Source: Candidatus Woesearchaeota archaeon (GTDB lineage Archaea > Nanobdellota > Nanobdellia > Woesearchaeales > UBA10216). Taken from it: a stretch of 64,000 bases of DNA. The position numbers and the translations under genes were made by a program. Each line of letters begins with the position of its first letter. Position 1 is the stretch's first letter. Positions 27,589 to 35,926 of this stretch are shown here, piece by piece. The stretch is taken from assembly GCA_016185705.1 (NCBI GenBank), contig JACPMZ010000010.1:913-64912 (forward strand). Direction: 5' to 3'. The notes below the pieces were generated by a model. It was given only the letters and a program-made list of their open reading frames with translations. It ran no database searches and was not told the DNA's origin.

Positions 27589-28806
27589 ATGATTGGACTT
27601 GGCGAAGAAAAGAAGGAAAACATGCTCTCAACTTCTGTAAAAATCCTGAAGCAGAAGGAAAGCAGAAAGGCCCTTCTGGTTAGTGCAGCTGTTTTTCTGA
27701 TACTTTACAGCTTTGTGTATGGCTTTTGGAAAATACCGGTGATAGATTTCGGAATCAACAGGCTTTCCCAAATAGGATTTCCCGATTACCTGTTTGCCAT
27801 TGCTGTTGCCGCACTTTCCTCAGTTTTTGTGTCGCTGTTCCTGTACGAGAGAAGAAGCAGGCTTGCTTCAGCATCGTCCATCGGCGGAATGGGCGGGGGC
27901 TTTGCCGGATTTGTTGGCGCAGTGTGCCCTGTATGCCAAAGCATAGGAGTGGTTGCTTTTGGAAGCACCCTGCTTAACATTCCCACAGCTTTTTTAACTC
28001 CTTACCTTGGCTTCCTGAAATTTGCCGCCATCGGACTGCTTGGACTGTCTGTTTACCTGAAGGCGGACAGCATCCACACTAAAAAGTGCCGCGCGTGCAA
28101 AGTGAAAATCACCGGCAGTTCACACAAAAAAGAGCCATTCCTGCTGAGAAACAGGTTTGCTTTCGGAGCAATAGTGGCGCTGGTGCTGCTTGCAGGACTG
28201 AACAACATGCTCATACCAAAGGCATTCGCAGCATCGCCATCCGGCAGCTGGCAGACGGCAAGCCTCGGAGCGTTTGAATACGGACCGAAAACAACGCTGA
28301 AGCCCATGCCCCTCGCACATGAAGAGCAGCCCGCAATACCCGGCTACAGGTCAAAGGTCAAGCCGCTGCCAACTATAAGCGAGCTGCAAATGAAGCCTTT
28401 AACAGGCGATGCTGCGCAGGACGTGCTCAACAACATAGTCCCCGTAGGAACGCCGTGGTACGGGCTGCAGGCAGGAGTGAGCTTTGACGACCCCATCGCA
28501 GCCCAAAACCTGTGGGCAAAAGGCAGAGCAATACAGCTAAGCCCTGAAGAGGAGCAGCGCTGGAACAGGATTGCGAACTCATTTACATGCGATTACTGCT
28601 GCGGCAGCCCACAAAACCCGACCATCATAACCAGATGCGGCTGCGCACACTCGTCAGCCGCTCAGGGCATGGCAAGATGGTTTATCAAAAACTACGGCGG
28701 CAGCTATTCCGACGAGGAAATATACGGGGAAATGGCAAGATGGTATGCCCTCTGGTATCCAGGCCCCACAATCAAGAGGATACTGCAGGAAGCGCAGGCA
28801 ACATGA
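27589..28806 (+). CDS. Membrane protein: N-terminal CxxC-in-TM module (GAVCPVCQ, CRACKV) fused to a C-terminal Cys-cluster domain (CDYCCG...CGCAH)
   Basis: The N-terminal 170 aa are paralogous to 13435..13863. Confidence 0.6.
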   Translation: MIGLGEEKKENMLSTSVKILKQKESRKALLVSAAVFLILYSFVYGFWKIPVIDFGINRLSQIGFPDYLFAIAVAALSSVFVSLFLYERRSRLASASSIGGMGGGFAGFVGAVCPVCQSIGVVAFGSTLLNIPTAFLTPYLGFLKFAAIGLLGLSVYLKADSIHTKKCRACKVKITGSSHKKEPFLLRNRFAFGAIVALVLLAGLNNMLIPKAFAASPSGSWQTASLGAFEYGPKTTLKPMPLAHEEQPAIPGYRSKVKPLPTISELQMKPLTGDAAQDVLNNIVPVGTPWYGLQAGVSFDDPIAAQNLWAKGRAIQLSPEEEQRWNRIANSFTCDYCCGSPQNPTIITRCGCAHSSAAQGMARWFIKNYGGSYSDEEIYGEMARWYALWYPGPTIKRILQEAQAT

Positions 28807-28816
28807 GGTGAAAAAA

Positions 28817-29020
28817 ATGGAACGAAAAGAGATTTTGCTGATGGTGCTCATCGGCTTTTTAGTGCTGACAACATCAGTCCAGGCAGTGCAGCTGGTAACG
28901 CTGGGCAGCAGCTCAGTTACGTCTGCAGCCGGAAGCAGCGCTGCTCCCCAGGCAGTTTCTGGAGCAGTTGCAGCGCCTTCAAGCCTTGACAACCTGCCAT
29001 CAATGGTAGGCGGCTGCTGA
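28817..29020 (+). CDS. Small secreted/membrane protein (67 aa) with a C-terminal Cys
   Basis: RBS GAGGTGA. MERKEILLMVLIGFLVLTTSVQA signal/TM segment. Confidence 0.4.
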   Translation: MERKEILLMVLIGFLVLTTSVQAVQLVTLGSSSVTSAAGSSAAPQAVSGAVAAPSSLDNLPSMVGGC

Positions 29021-29035
29021 CGCTGGTGGTTTTGC

Positions 29036-30160
29036 TTGAAACAATCCAACAAAACAGAATCAGCACTGTACGCAGCGCTTGCACTGGCCGCGGCAATATC
29101 GCTCCTGAATGTTTTTATCCTGCAAATCCGTGCAGAGCAGGTCAGCGAAGCAAAGGAAGCTGCGGAAGAGCTGGCAAGGCCGGCAGACATAGAAGCGACT
29201 AAAATACTGCTTTCCGGCTGCGAGGAATGCTTTGACATTCAAAATGCCTTGGAAGAGCTTAAGAAGCAAAACGTCAACCTGCTGACTGAAAAAAGCCTTT
29301 TCATTGAAGATGAAGAAGCTAAAGAGCTCATACGCCGCTACGGGATTGAAAAAATCCCTGCGTTGGTAATCTCAGGCGAGGTAAACAAGACAAGCCAGCT
29401 AGCCGCCTATTTTGAAAAAACAGGCGTTATCTCAGGCGACGGAACAGCAGTGTACACGAACATAAAACCGCCATACTACAACACAACTGCCAAAAAAGTG
29501 GTTGGAAAAGTAAGCGTTCTGAACATCGTTGACTCCCAATGCGAAACATGCGCGTCATTAAGCCAGGTAAAAGAATCGCTGAAACAGGCAGGGGTTGTCA
29601 TAACAGAAGAAAAGACTTATGAGTATTCCTCGCCGGAAGGGCAGGAGCTTATTGACAGGTTCAACGTGAGCAGAGCGCCTGCGCTTCTGATATCAGCAGA
29701 AGTCAACCATTACGCCGGAGTGGGAAGCCAGTTGCAGCAGCTGGCAGAAGAGAAAAGCGGCTTTTACGCCCTTCACTCCACCTCTCCGCCTTACAGAGAT
29801 CTGCAGCAGGACAGAATCGTTGGAGAGGTAACGCTAATCCTGCTGAAAGACGGTTCCTGCGCAGAATGCTACGATGTGAAAATCAACAAGCAGATATTAC
29901 AAGGGTTTGGAGTTGCGATAACAGAAGAGGAGACCTATGACGTTTCGTCAGAAGAAGGGCAGGCTTTAATCGCAAAATACGGCATAGAAAAAGCGCCTGT
30001 AATACTCATGTCGCCGGACGCTGCGCATTATCCGGCGCTTGCGCAGGCATGGAAAAGCGTCGGCACAGTGGAAAGTGACGGGTGGCATGTTATGAGAAAG
30101 CCGGAAACTCTGGGAACTTACAAGGAGCTGGAAAGCGGAAAAGCAGTGCAGGCAGGTTAG
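29036..30160 (+). CDS. Membrane-anchored protein with three tandem thioredoxin-fold repeats (CEEC, CETC, CAEC; cis-Pro IPA/APA)
   Basis: Internal ~100-aa triplication. TTG start with GGTGG RBS. Confidence 0.65.
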   Translation: MKQSNKTESALYAALALAAAISLLNVFILQIRAEQVSEAKEAAEELARPADIEATKILLSGCEECFDIQNALEELKKQNVNLLTEKSLFIEDEEAKELIRRYGIEKIPALVISGEVNKTSQLAAYFEKTGVISGDGTAVYTNIKPPYYNTTAKKVVGKVSVLNIVDSQCETCASLSQVKESLKQAGVVITEEKTYEYSSPEGQELIDRFNVSRAPALLISAEVNHYAGVGSQLQQLAEEKSGFYALHSTSPPYRDLQQDRIVGEVTLILLKDGSCAECYDVKINKQILQGFGVAITEEETYDVSSEEGQALIAKYGIEKAPVILMSPDAAHYPALAQAWKSVGTVESDGWHVMRKPETLGTYKELESGKAVQAG

Positions 30161-30215
30161 AAAAATTGAGCCAGACCATAGCTTAGGCAGGAATGCCCGC
30201 CACCCTTTGATTTAA

Positions 30216-30710
30216 TTGTTTCATATTGATGGAAAAATGAATGAAAGCGACAAAAAGAAATCCGCAGTTGTAGCAGCGTTTGCGCTGTTCCTTGCAGCCG
30301 GCATTGCCTACATTGCGTTCACAAACGAGGAAACGCAGCCGGATTACGAAACTCCTCCGCCTGAAAAAGTGGTTGAGCAGTATTTCACTGCATGGAACGA
30401 CAAAAACTATCCTGACATGTATGCAGCCATATCAGACGGCTTCAAGAAGATAGAGCCTACCGCGAATGATTTAAGGGCGTTTAAAAGCTATGCCGAATCC
30501 CAGAAAATAAGCAATGCCAGAGTGCTGTCAGTGAATGAAGTTTCAAACGACGGCAAAACAGCTGCCGTCAGCTACTCTGTTGAATTTCTGCTTGCAGGCG
30601 GAACAAAAAGCAGATTTGACGGGACTTTTACATTGAAATACAGGGAAGGGGATGTAATTCCGGGATGGAAGCTGATACACCCTTACGGCGAAAACATAGA
30701 CGCTTCATGA
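30216..30710 (+). CDS. Membrane-anchored hypothetical protein (NTF2-like?)
   Basis: 164 aa. ATGATGA coupling to the next gene. Confidence 0.45.
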   Translation: MFHIDGKMNESDKKKSAVVAAFALFLAAGIAYIAFTNEETQPDYETPPPEKVVEQYFTAWNDKNYPDMYAAISDGFKKIEPTANDLRAFKSYAESQKISNARVLSVNEVSNDGKTAAVSYSVEFLLAGGTKSRFDGTFTLKYREGDVIPGWKLIHPYGENIDAS

Positions 30711-31477
30711 TGACTCCAAACATTCGCAATGCACGGCAGAAGAATAAACCGAAAACTGGTAACGCTGAAAAAATCGTGACATCATTTATCGTATTGGCTG
30801 TGCTCGCAGCTGCACTCTCATTTTTTTACGTTTCAAAATCGCTGTTTTTTCCAGGCGAAGGGGGCGGAGGTCAGCAGCAGACAAGCCATTTCTCATCCGC
30901 GGGCTTTACCGCTTTTGACGTTGAACTCGCCAAAAAGCTCATGGACAAAGACAGCGACGGCAAATGCGACAGCTGCGGGATGGACTTGGAATTCTGCATA
31001 CAAAGCGGGCAGCTGCAGTGCAGCATGGACCCGAAATCAACCATTGGCGTTTTGGACACCACAAAGGAAAAGCACCACTACCACGCAGATTTCAAAGTGT
31101 ACATTAGCGGCGAAGAAATTGACTTCAGCCAGCAGAAGTATTTTGTCAAAAGCAGGTTCATCCATGTTGAGAACGACGTTCAGGGCGATTCAGGAAAGGT
31201 TCTGCACATGCACGCCTCCGGAGTCCCCTTGTGGGTGTTCTTTGAAAGCGTTGGGATGAAATTCAACGAAAGCTGCTTTGTCACGGACGGCAGGGAAGCG
31301 CACTGCAACAACAATGGCAGAACATTAAGCTTTTACACAAACGGAAAACAAAATCCCGAATACGAAAGCTACGTTTTTCAGGATGGCGACAGGATTCTGA
31401 TAAGCTATGGAAGCGAAAATGGGGAAGAAATAAAAAAGCAGCTTAGTTCAATAACAGATTTTGCAAAAAACCATTAG
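30707..31477 (+). CDS. Membrane-anchored protein with a TRASH-like CDSCGMD motif plus the novel His/Cys extracytoplasmic domain
   Basis: HHYHADFKVYISGEE...HMHASG...C...C...DGDRILISYG. Paralog of 13860-C-terminus, 25009 and 32240. Confidence 0.65.
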   Translation: MMTPNIRNARQKNKPKTGNAEKIVTSFIVLAVLAAALSFFYVSKSLFFPGEGGGGQQQTSHFSSAGFTAFDVELAKKLMDKDSDGKCDSCGMDLEFCIQSGQLQCSMDPKSTIGVLDTTKEKHHYHADFKVYISGEEIDFSQQKYFVKSRFIHVENDVQGDSGKVLHMHASGVPLWVFFESVGMKFNESCFVTDGREAHCNNNGRTLSFYTNGKQNPEYESYVFQDGDRILISYGSENGEEIKKQLSSITDFAKNH

Positions 31478-31943
31478 TAAAATGATTAATGCGAAAAAGC
31501 TTGTAACAGAAAAGGCAGCCGCGCTCTCAACCTCCCTGTCAGGAGCGCTGAGCTTCATGGGCGGCTACCAGGTGTGCCACAACATCTGCCTTGGAATAAT
31601 AGCCCTTCTGTCAATAGCAGGCATAACGCTGGTTGGCATGCCCCTCCTGTTCCTTACCAGGGTAGCAGTACCGCTTTGGACAGCCGCTTTTGCGCTGTTC
31701 CTCATAACCCTGGCCATTAGCTTCATAAAGAAGTGCATTCCTAAAAAGATTATTGTATTGAACGCCGGAATCCTGATTGCAGGAGTCCCGTTTGCCCCTG
31801 TACAGCCCTACGCCCCGCTCTTATGGATAACAGGCGGAAGCATGGCAGCTTTAAGCATTCTTTTTTACATCCGGGCAAAGGTTAACAAAAGCCGCGCAGG
31901 TAAGCGGAAGGGGAAAACATTCAGCAGCAGCATTGGCACTTGA
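31461..31943 (+). CDS. Small polytopic membrane protein with CxxxC in a TM helix (QVCHNICLG)
   Basis: 160 aa. Overlaps the upstream gene by 17 nt. Confidence 0.55.
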   Translation: MQKTISKMINAKKLVTEKAAALSTSLSGALSFMGGYQVCHNICLGIIALLSIAGITLVGMPLLFLTRVAVPLWTAAFALFLITLAISFIKKCIPKKIIVLNAGILIAGVPFAPVQPYAPLLWITGGSMAALSILFYIRAKVNKSRAGKRKGKTFSSSIGT

Positions 31944-32098
31944 GCTTGAAGGCAACTCATTAAATAAAGTGCGCCGCACCAGCCAATTTCCGCCTTGCAG
32001 CGCTTAACAGGCGGCTTCAGCTTTATGCACTCCAAAAAGCAGAGTGCCATTAAAAACATAAAGTATTTAACCATCACCTTTTGCCGTAACAGGCAGCA

Positions 32099-32200
32099 AT
32101 GGTCGCCTGCACGGACTGCGGTAAGGAATTTGATTCCAGAATGAGCATGGAGCAGCACTATGCTGCGAAGCATGCAAAGCAGAAGCCTGTTTCCCCATAA
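32099..32200 (+). CDS. C2H2 zinc-finger mini-protein (33 aa), possibly the N-terminus of the downstream ORF
   Basis: MVACTDCGKEFDSRMSMEQHYAAKHAKQKPVSP. TATA-like AAAGTATTTAA about 27 nt upstream. In frame with 32240..32692 across a single TAA. Confidence 0.5.
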   Translation: MVACTDCGKEFDSRMSMEQHYAAKHAKQKPVSP

Positions 32201-32239
32201 TCTAAGAAGTCAAAAAAGAAGCCGATTATTGCAGCGCTT

Positions 32240-32692
32240 TTGCTGATAATTGTTTTGGGTTCAGGATATTTCATGTTTTTTAACAGTTCAGGGGAAAAGC
32301 CTGTTATTGAGCAAGCTGATGTTGCAGATGTTAATCTTGATGAAGTTCCAAAAGGCCCTATTCACTGGCATCCTGAGCTTACTGTCATTATTAAGGGAGA
32401 GGTTCAGAACATTCCAAGAAATCTGGGTCTTGGAAGTGTGCACAAGCCGGTTCACACGCATGATGACGTTCCAGTGCTTCACTATGAGAACAGCAGGCCG
32501 ACTGCTGAAACTGTCACGCTTGGCTACTTTTTCAGCGATGTGTGGAGAAAAACTTTTAACAGCCAATGCATTTTCAGTTACTGCAGCGGAGCAGAAGGCA
32601 ATCTGTCAATGACGGTTAATGGCAAGCCCAATTTTCAGTTTGATAATTACATCCCGAAAGACGGCGATAAGATAGTGATTATGTTTGGATAG
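32240..32692 (+). CDS. Novel His/Cys extracytoplasmic domain protein (fourth paralog)
   Basis: IHWHPELTVIIKGE...VHTHDD...C..C...DGDKIVIMFG. No canonical start upstream of its TM anchor except by reading through the TAA at 32198. Confidence 0.6.
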   Translation: MLIIVLGSGYFMFFNSSGEKPVIEQADVADVNLDEVPKGPIHWHPELTVIIKGEVQNIPRNLGLGSVHKPVHTHDDVPVLHYENSRPTAETVTLGYFFSDVWRKTFNSQCIFSYCSGAEGNLSMTVNGKPNFQFDNYIPKDGDKIVIMFG

Positions 32693-32777
32693 GCTGTGCT
32701 GATAAGCTTCCCCAACGTGTTGTTAAGTTTTCGGCTGTTACCAAATACTTTAAGCAAACGATAATGCGCAGTAGTAG

Positions 32778-32815
32778 CAGATGCAGCTCAAAGCCAAAAC
32801 ACTGCCGCCCGCAGA
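32778..32815. repeat. 35-bp direct repeat GCTCAAAGCCAAAACACTGCCGCCCGCAGATT, copy 1 (70 bp upstream of the dsbA-like gene)
   Basis: Second copy at 34360..34396 with one mismatch. Confidence 0.8.
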
Positions 32816-32883
32816 TTTAACAGAACGCATTTACGGAAAACTTTTTAAAGAAAAAGCGCATCGCGCACAAAGGGTGATAACTG

Positions 32884-33663
32884 ATGATAGAGCACGACAA
32901 GATGCACCACAAGGCTAAGGGTGAAACTGAAAGTATTGTAAAGATTAAGAGCGAGGAGGAAGAGACTTTCAAAATTAAGAAAACAACGTTGTGGCAGGGA
33001 CTCTCAGCAGTTTTGGGGGTGCTTCTTGCGGTATCCATTTTTACAGGCGGTTTTGGTTATGGCAATGGCTCTGAAGGCAGCGTCGCTGTCAGGGAGCCTG
33101 TTGCAGCTCAGCCAAGCGCTCCATCTCCCACTCCGACTGTTGATGTCCAGATTGGCGATGCCCCTGCTCTTGGTGACGAGAACGCTCCTGTGACATTGAT
33201 TGAATTTTCAGACTTCCAGTGCCCGTTTTGCGGCAGGCACTTTTCGCAGACTCATTCGCAGATAAAACAGCAGTACATTGACACTGGAAAAGTAAGGTTT
33301 GTTTACAAGCATTTCCCGCTTGATAGCATTCACCCGCAGGCAACGCCTGCAGCTCTTGCCTCTGAATGCGCCCGCGAGCAGGGCAAGTTCTGGGAATACC
33401 ATGACCTGATTTTCCAGAACCAGCAGTCTCTTGGAGATGCAAGCTACAAGCAGTGGGCATCCCAGCTCAGCCTTGACACAAACAAGTTTAACGGCTGCTA
33501 TGACAGCCAGAAATACATTGAGCGTGTAAGGAGCGACCTTCAGCAGGGCACTGATGCAGGCGTTCGCGGCACTCCGGGCTTCCTGCTGAATGGCGTAGCC
33601 ATAAGCGGCGCTCAGCCGTTTGATGTGTTCCAGCAGGCAATTGAGGCAGCGCTTTCGGGCTGA
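32884..33663 (+). CDS. DsbA-family thiol-disulfide oxidoreductase (CPFC)
   Basis: TM anchor, FSDFQCPFCGRHF, and a cis-Pro GTPGF. Confidence 0.8.
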   Translation: MIEHDKMHHKAKGETESIVKIKSEEEETFKIKKTTLWQGLSAVLGVLLAVSIFTGGFGYGNGSEGSVAVREPVAAQPSAPSPTPTVDVQIGDAPALGDENAPVTLIEFSDFQCPFCGRHFSQTHSQIKQQYIDTGKVRFVYKHFPLDSIHPQATPAALASECAREQGKFWEYHDLIFQNQQSLGDASYKQWASQLSLDTNKFNGCYDSQKYIERVRSDLQQGTDAGVRGTPGFLLNGVAISGAQPFDVFQQAIEAALSG

Positions 33664-33792
33664 TTGGGTGTATGGCAACAGTTTTTCCTGTTGCCCGGCT
33701 CATTTTTTATTCTTTCTCCGTGGAGAGAACAGAAAGTGGGCAGCGCAGTAACTGGCTTACGTTACCGTTTATCAGATTCAGAGTCGTTCAAA

Positions 33793-34323
33793 ATGGTGGG
33801 CAGCGCTGATTTCAGGCTTCGTTGGAACTTCATTAAAGGAGTGTTTGCCAGCCGGGCTTATGCGCTGCTTTTTGCTGTTTTGCTGGCTGCTTACCTTGGC
33901 GTCAACTTCTGGCTTAACAGGTTTTATGAAACTTTGCCAAATCTTCTCAGCTTCCGGCTTTCAGTGGTTGTGCCTTATTTGGCAGGGACATTTCTCGTAG
34001 GGCTGCTTGTTGCCCTTAACCTTACCTTGATAATTTACAAGCTGAGGCAGGTCATGATGCTGGGGAAAGAGGTTGGCGTAACCGCAGCCGGAGCTTTTGG
34101 GGGAGTGCTTGGAGGAGCCTGCCCTGGCTGCTTTGTCGGCGTTTTTCCTGCTGTGGCAGGGCTGTTTGGCGTTACTGCAACGCTGAGCTCTCTTCCTTTT
34201 CTTGGTTTTGAGATTCTGATTCCAGCGCTGCTGATAGCTCTGGTTGCGCTTTACCTTGTTGCAAAGCCGCTTACCTGTCAGCCGGAAACCTCAGAGAAAA
34301 ATGAACAGCACAGAAAGAATTGA
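33793..34323 (+). CDS. Small membrane protein with CPGC in a TM helix (GACPGCFVGVFPAVAG)
   Basis: Paralog of the CxxC-TM family. ATG at 33793. The ORF track extends to 33664, but a terminator-like hairpin plus T-tract lies at 33681..33716. Confidence 0.6.
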   Translation: MVGSADFRLRWNFIKGVFASRAYALLFAVLLAAYLGVNFWLNRFYETLPNLLSFRLSVVVPYLAGTFLVGLLVALNLTLIIYKLRQVMMLGKEVGVTAAGAFGGVLGGACPGCFVGVFPAVAGLFGVTATLSSLPFLGFEILIPALLIALVALYLVAKPLTCQPETSEKNEQHRKN

Positions 34324-34359
34324 GATAAGAAAAGCTCATGTGTACGTTGCGCTGCTACT

Positions 34360-34396
34360 GCTCAAAGCCAAAACACTGCCGCCCGCAGATTGAACA
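34360..34396. repeat. 35-bp direct repeat, copy 2 (just downstream of the CPGC membrane gene and upstream of the cupredoxin gene)
   Basis: Matches 32778..32812. Confidence 0.8.
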
Positions 34397-34410
34397 ATAA
34401 GCTACAATAG

Positions 34411-34553
34411 GCCTTATTGAAACGTTCACGCAGCCTCACTCTGTTGCTGGCTTCCCTTCCTGCTTTTTCCCTCCCTTAAATATTCAGGGGAGGGAAAAAG
34501 CAGGAAGAACGGCGGGATAAACGCAGCGGTAAAGTGAACTTTTCAATAGCACC
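34411..34553. repeat. Copy A of a ~142-bp intergenic element containing the GGGAGGG-core hairpin (34456..34507)
   Basis: About 96% identical to 61032..61173. Confidence 0.85.
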
Positions 34554-34609
34554 CTCCAACAGAAAGAAATAAATAAGAGTTGGAACCTTTGCCAGTGAAA
34601 GAGGTTAAA

Positions 34610-35083
34610 ATGCGGATACACTTTTACATTTTAGGGTTGTTGGCTGTTCTGCTTGCTGGCTGCAGTCCTGCACCTCCGGAAGTTGGCGGTGAAGGCGCTG
34701 AAGCAGCGCAGGTTCCTGCAGGTCTTGGTGATGATGCTGTAGAGGAGACTGTAGTTGTAGAAACGCCTGAAGAGGCTCCTGAAATCATTGCTCCTGATGC
34801 TCAGCCGCAGGCAAAACAGTTCACAATGACTGCAAGGCAGTGGGAGTTTGACCCTGAAGTGATAAGGGTTAACAAGGGCGACACTGTAAGGTTATTGGTA
34901 AAAAGCATTGACGTTGCTCACGGCTTTGCGCTGCCTGATTTTGGTGTTAACGAGCGCCTTAGCCCAGGGCAGACTGTTGAGGTTGAATTTGTTGCTGACA
35001 AAGCAGGAACCTTTACCTTCTTTTGCTCTGTTCAGTGCGGCGCCGGGCACAGCAGCATGAACGGGCAGCTCATAGTTGAATGA
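34610..35083 (+). CDS. CuA-type cupredoxin lipoprotein (COX II-like copper centre)
   Basis: Lipobox LLAGCS. H...FFCSVQCGAGHSSM CuA ligand motif. Confidence 0.7.
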   Translation: MRIHFYILGLLAVLLAGCSPAPPEVGGEGAEAAQVPAGLGDDAVEETVVVETPEEAPEIIAPDAQPQAKQFTMTARQWEFDPEVIRVNKGDTVRLLVKSIDVAHGFALPDFGVNERLSPGQTVEVEFVADKAGTFTFFCSVQCGAGHSSMNGQLIVE

Positions 35084-35526
35084 TGGCACCTATTGAACGC
35101 TACAAAAGTTACGCTCCGGCGCTTGTAAGAATAGCAGTCAGCCTTGTCTTCCTGTGGTTTGGGGTAAACCAGCTTGTTAATCCGGAGTCGTTTCTTGGCT
35201 ATGTTCCAAACTGGCTGCATCCTCACGCTGCCGAAATGCAGCACGCCCATCCGTTGCAGCTCCTGCACAACATTTCAGGGCTGGCTCATTGGCTGATAAT
35301 GGGCAATGGAATTTTTGAGACAACATTCGGGCTTCTTTTGCTTCTGGGCTTTTTCACACGGCTCAGCGCACTGCTGTTAAGCATCCATCTGGTTGCAATA
35401 GCGGCAGGCCTTGGCTACAATGACATAGCAGTGAGAGACTTGGGATTGGCTGCTGCGGCATTTTCGGTTTTTCTAAACGGCCCTGACACGCTTTGCATTG
35501 GCAAAAGGCTAAAGAAAGCATCTTAA
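35080..35526 (+). CDS. DoxX-family membrane protein
   Basis: 148 aa, four TM segments. ATGA overlap with the cupredoxin gene. Confidence 0.6.
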   Translation: MMAPIERYKSYAPALVRIAVSLVFLWFGVNQLVNPESFLGYVPNWLHPHAAEMQHAHPLQLLHNISGLAHWLIMGNGIFETTFGLLLLLGFFTRLSALLLSIHLVAIAAGLGYNDIAVRDLGLAAAAFSVFLNGPDTLCIGKRLKKAS

Positions 35527-35786
35527 ACTATGTCTTCTTCCGATACGACCAGAAAATCTCCGATTGCGAGCACTGAGCTGAACGGGATAAGTATGCTTCC
35601 TGCATCGTCTTTCTCAAGCTCCAGCTTCTGGATGTACTGCGTGGGGTTTGAAAGCACCAGGTGAATTAGTTCGCCGGAGCGCGTTTCAAAAACTATGTCT
35701 CCGACTTCGCCGAACCTTCTTCCGCTTTTGCTGACTACAGTTCGCCCTATCAGTTCCTTAGAAAACTTTTTTTCGTCTTCAGGCAT
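35523..35786 (-). CDS. PRC-barrel domain protein
   Basis: 87 aa (MPEDEKKF...GDIVFETRSGELIHLVL...). The longer antisense ORF track entry overlaps rfcS. Confidence 0.5.
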   Translation of the reverse strand: MPEDEKKFSKELIGRTVVSKSGRRFGEVGDIVFETRSGELIHLVLSNPTQYIQKLELEKDDAGSILIPFSSVLAIGDFLVVSEEDIV

Positions 35787-35926
35787 TCTGCTCACGTTAC
35801 CATTTAAAAATGCTAATAATTCCCCTGTTCCAGCCATTTCCGGAAGCAAGCTACTATTTATATTTTGTGGAAAAGGGTTGAAAACCTTTATATTGCTTCT
35901 GAAATTCCGGTGTTTTATGGAAAGCA

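Noticed and set aside
28817-30160. Possible stop-codon-interrupted fusion of the small ORF 28817..29020 with 29036..30160 (same frame across TGA)
   Set aside because: The downstream ORF has its own TM anchor and a TTG start with a GGTGG SD 8 nt upstream. The frame coincidence is most likely chance.
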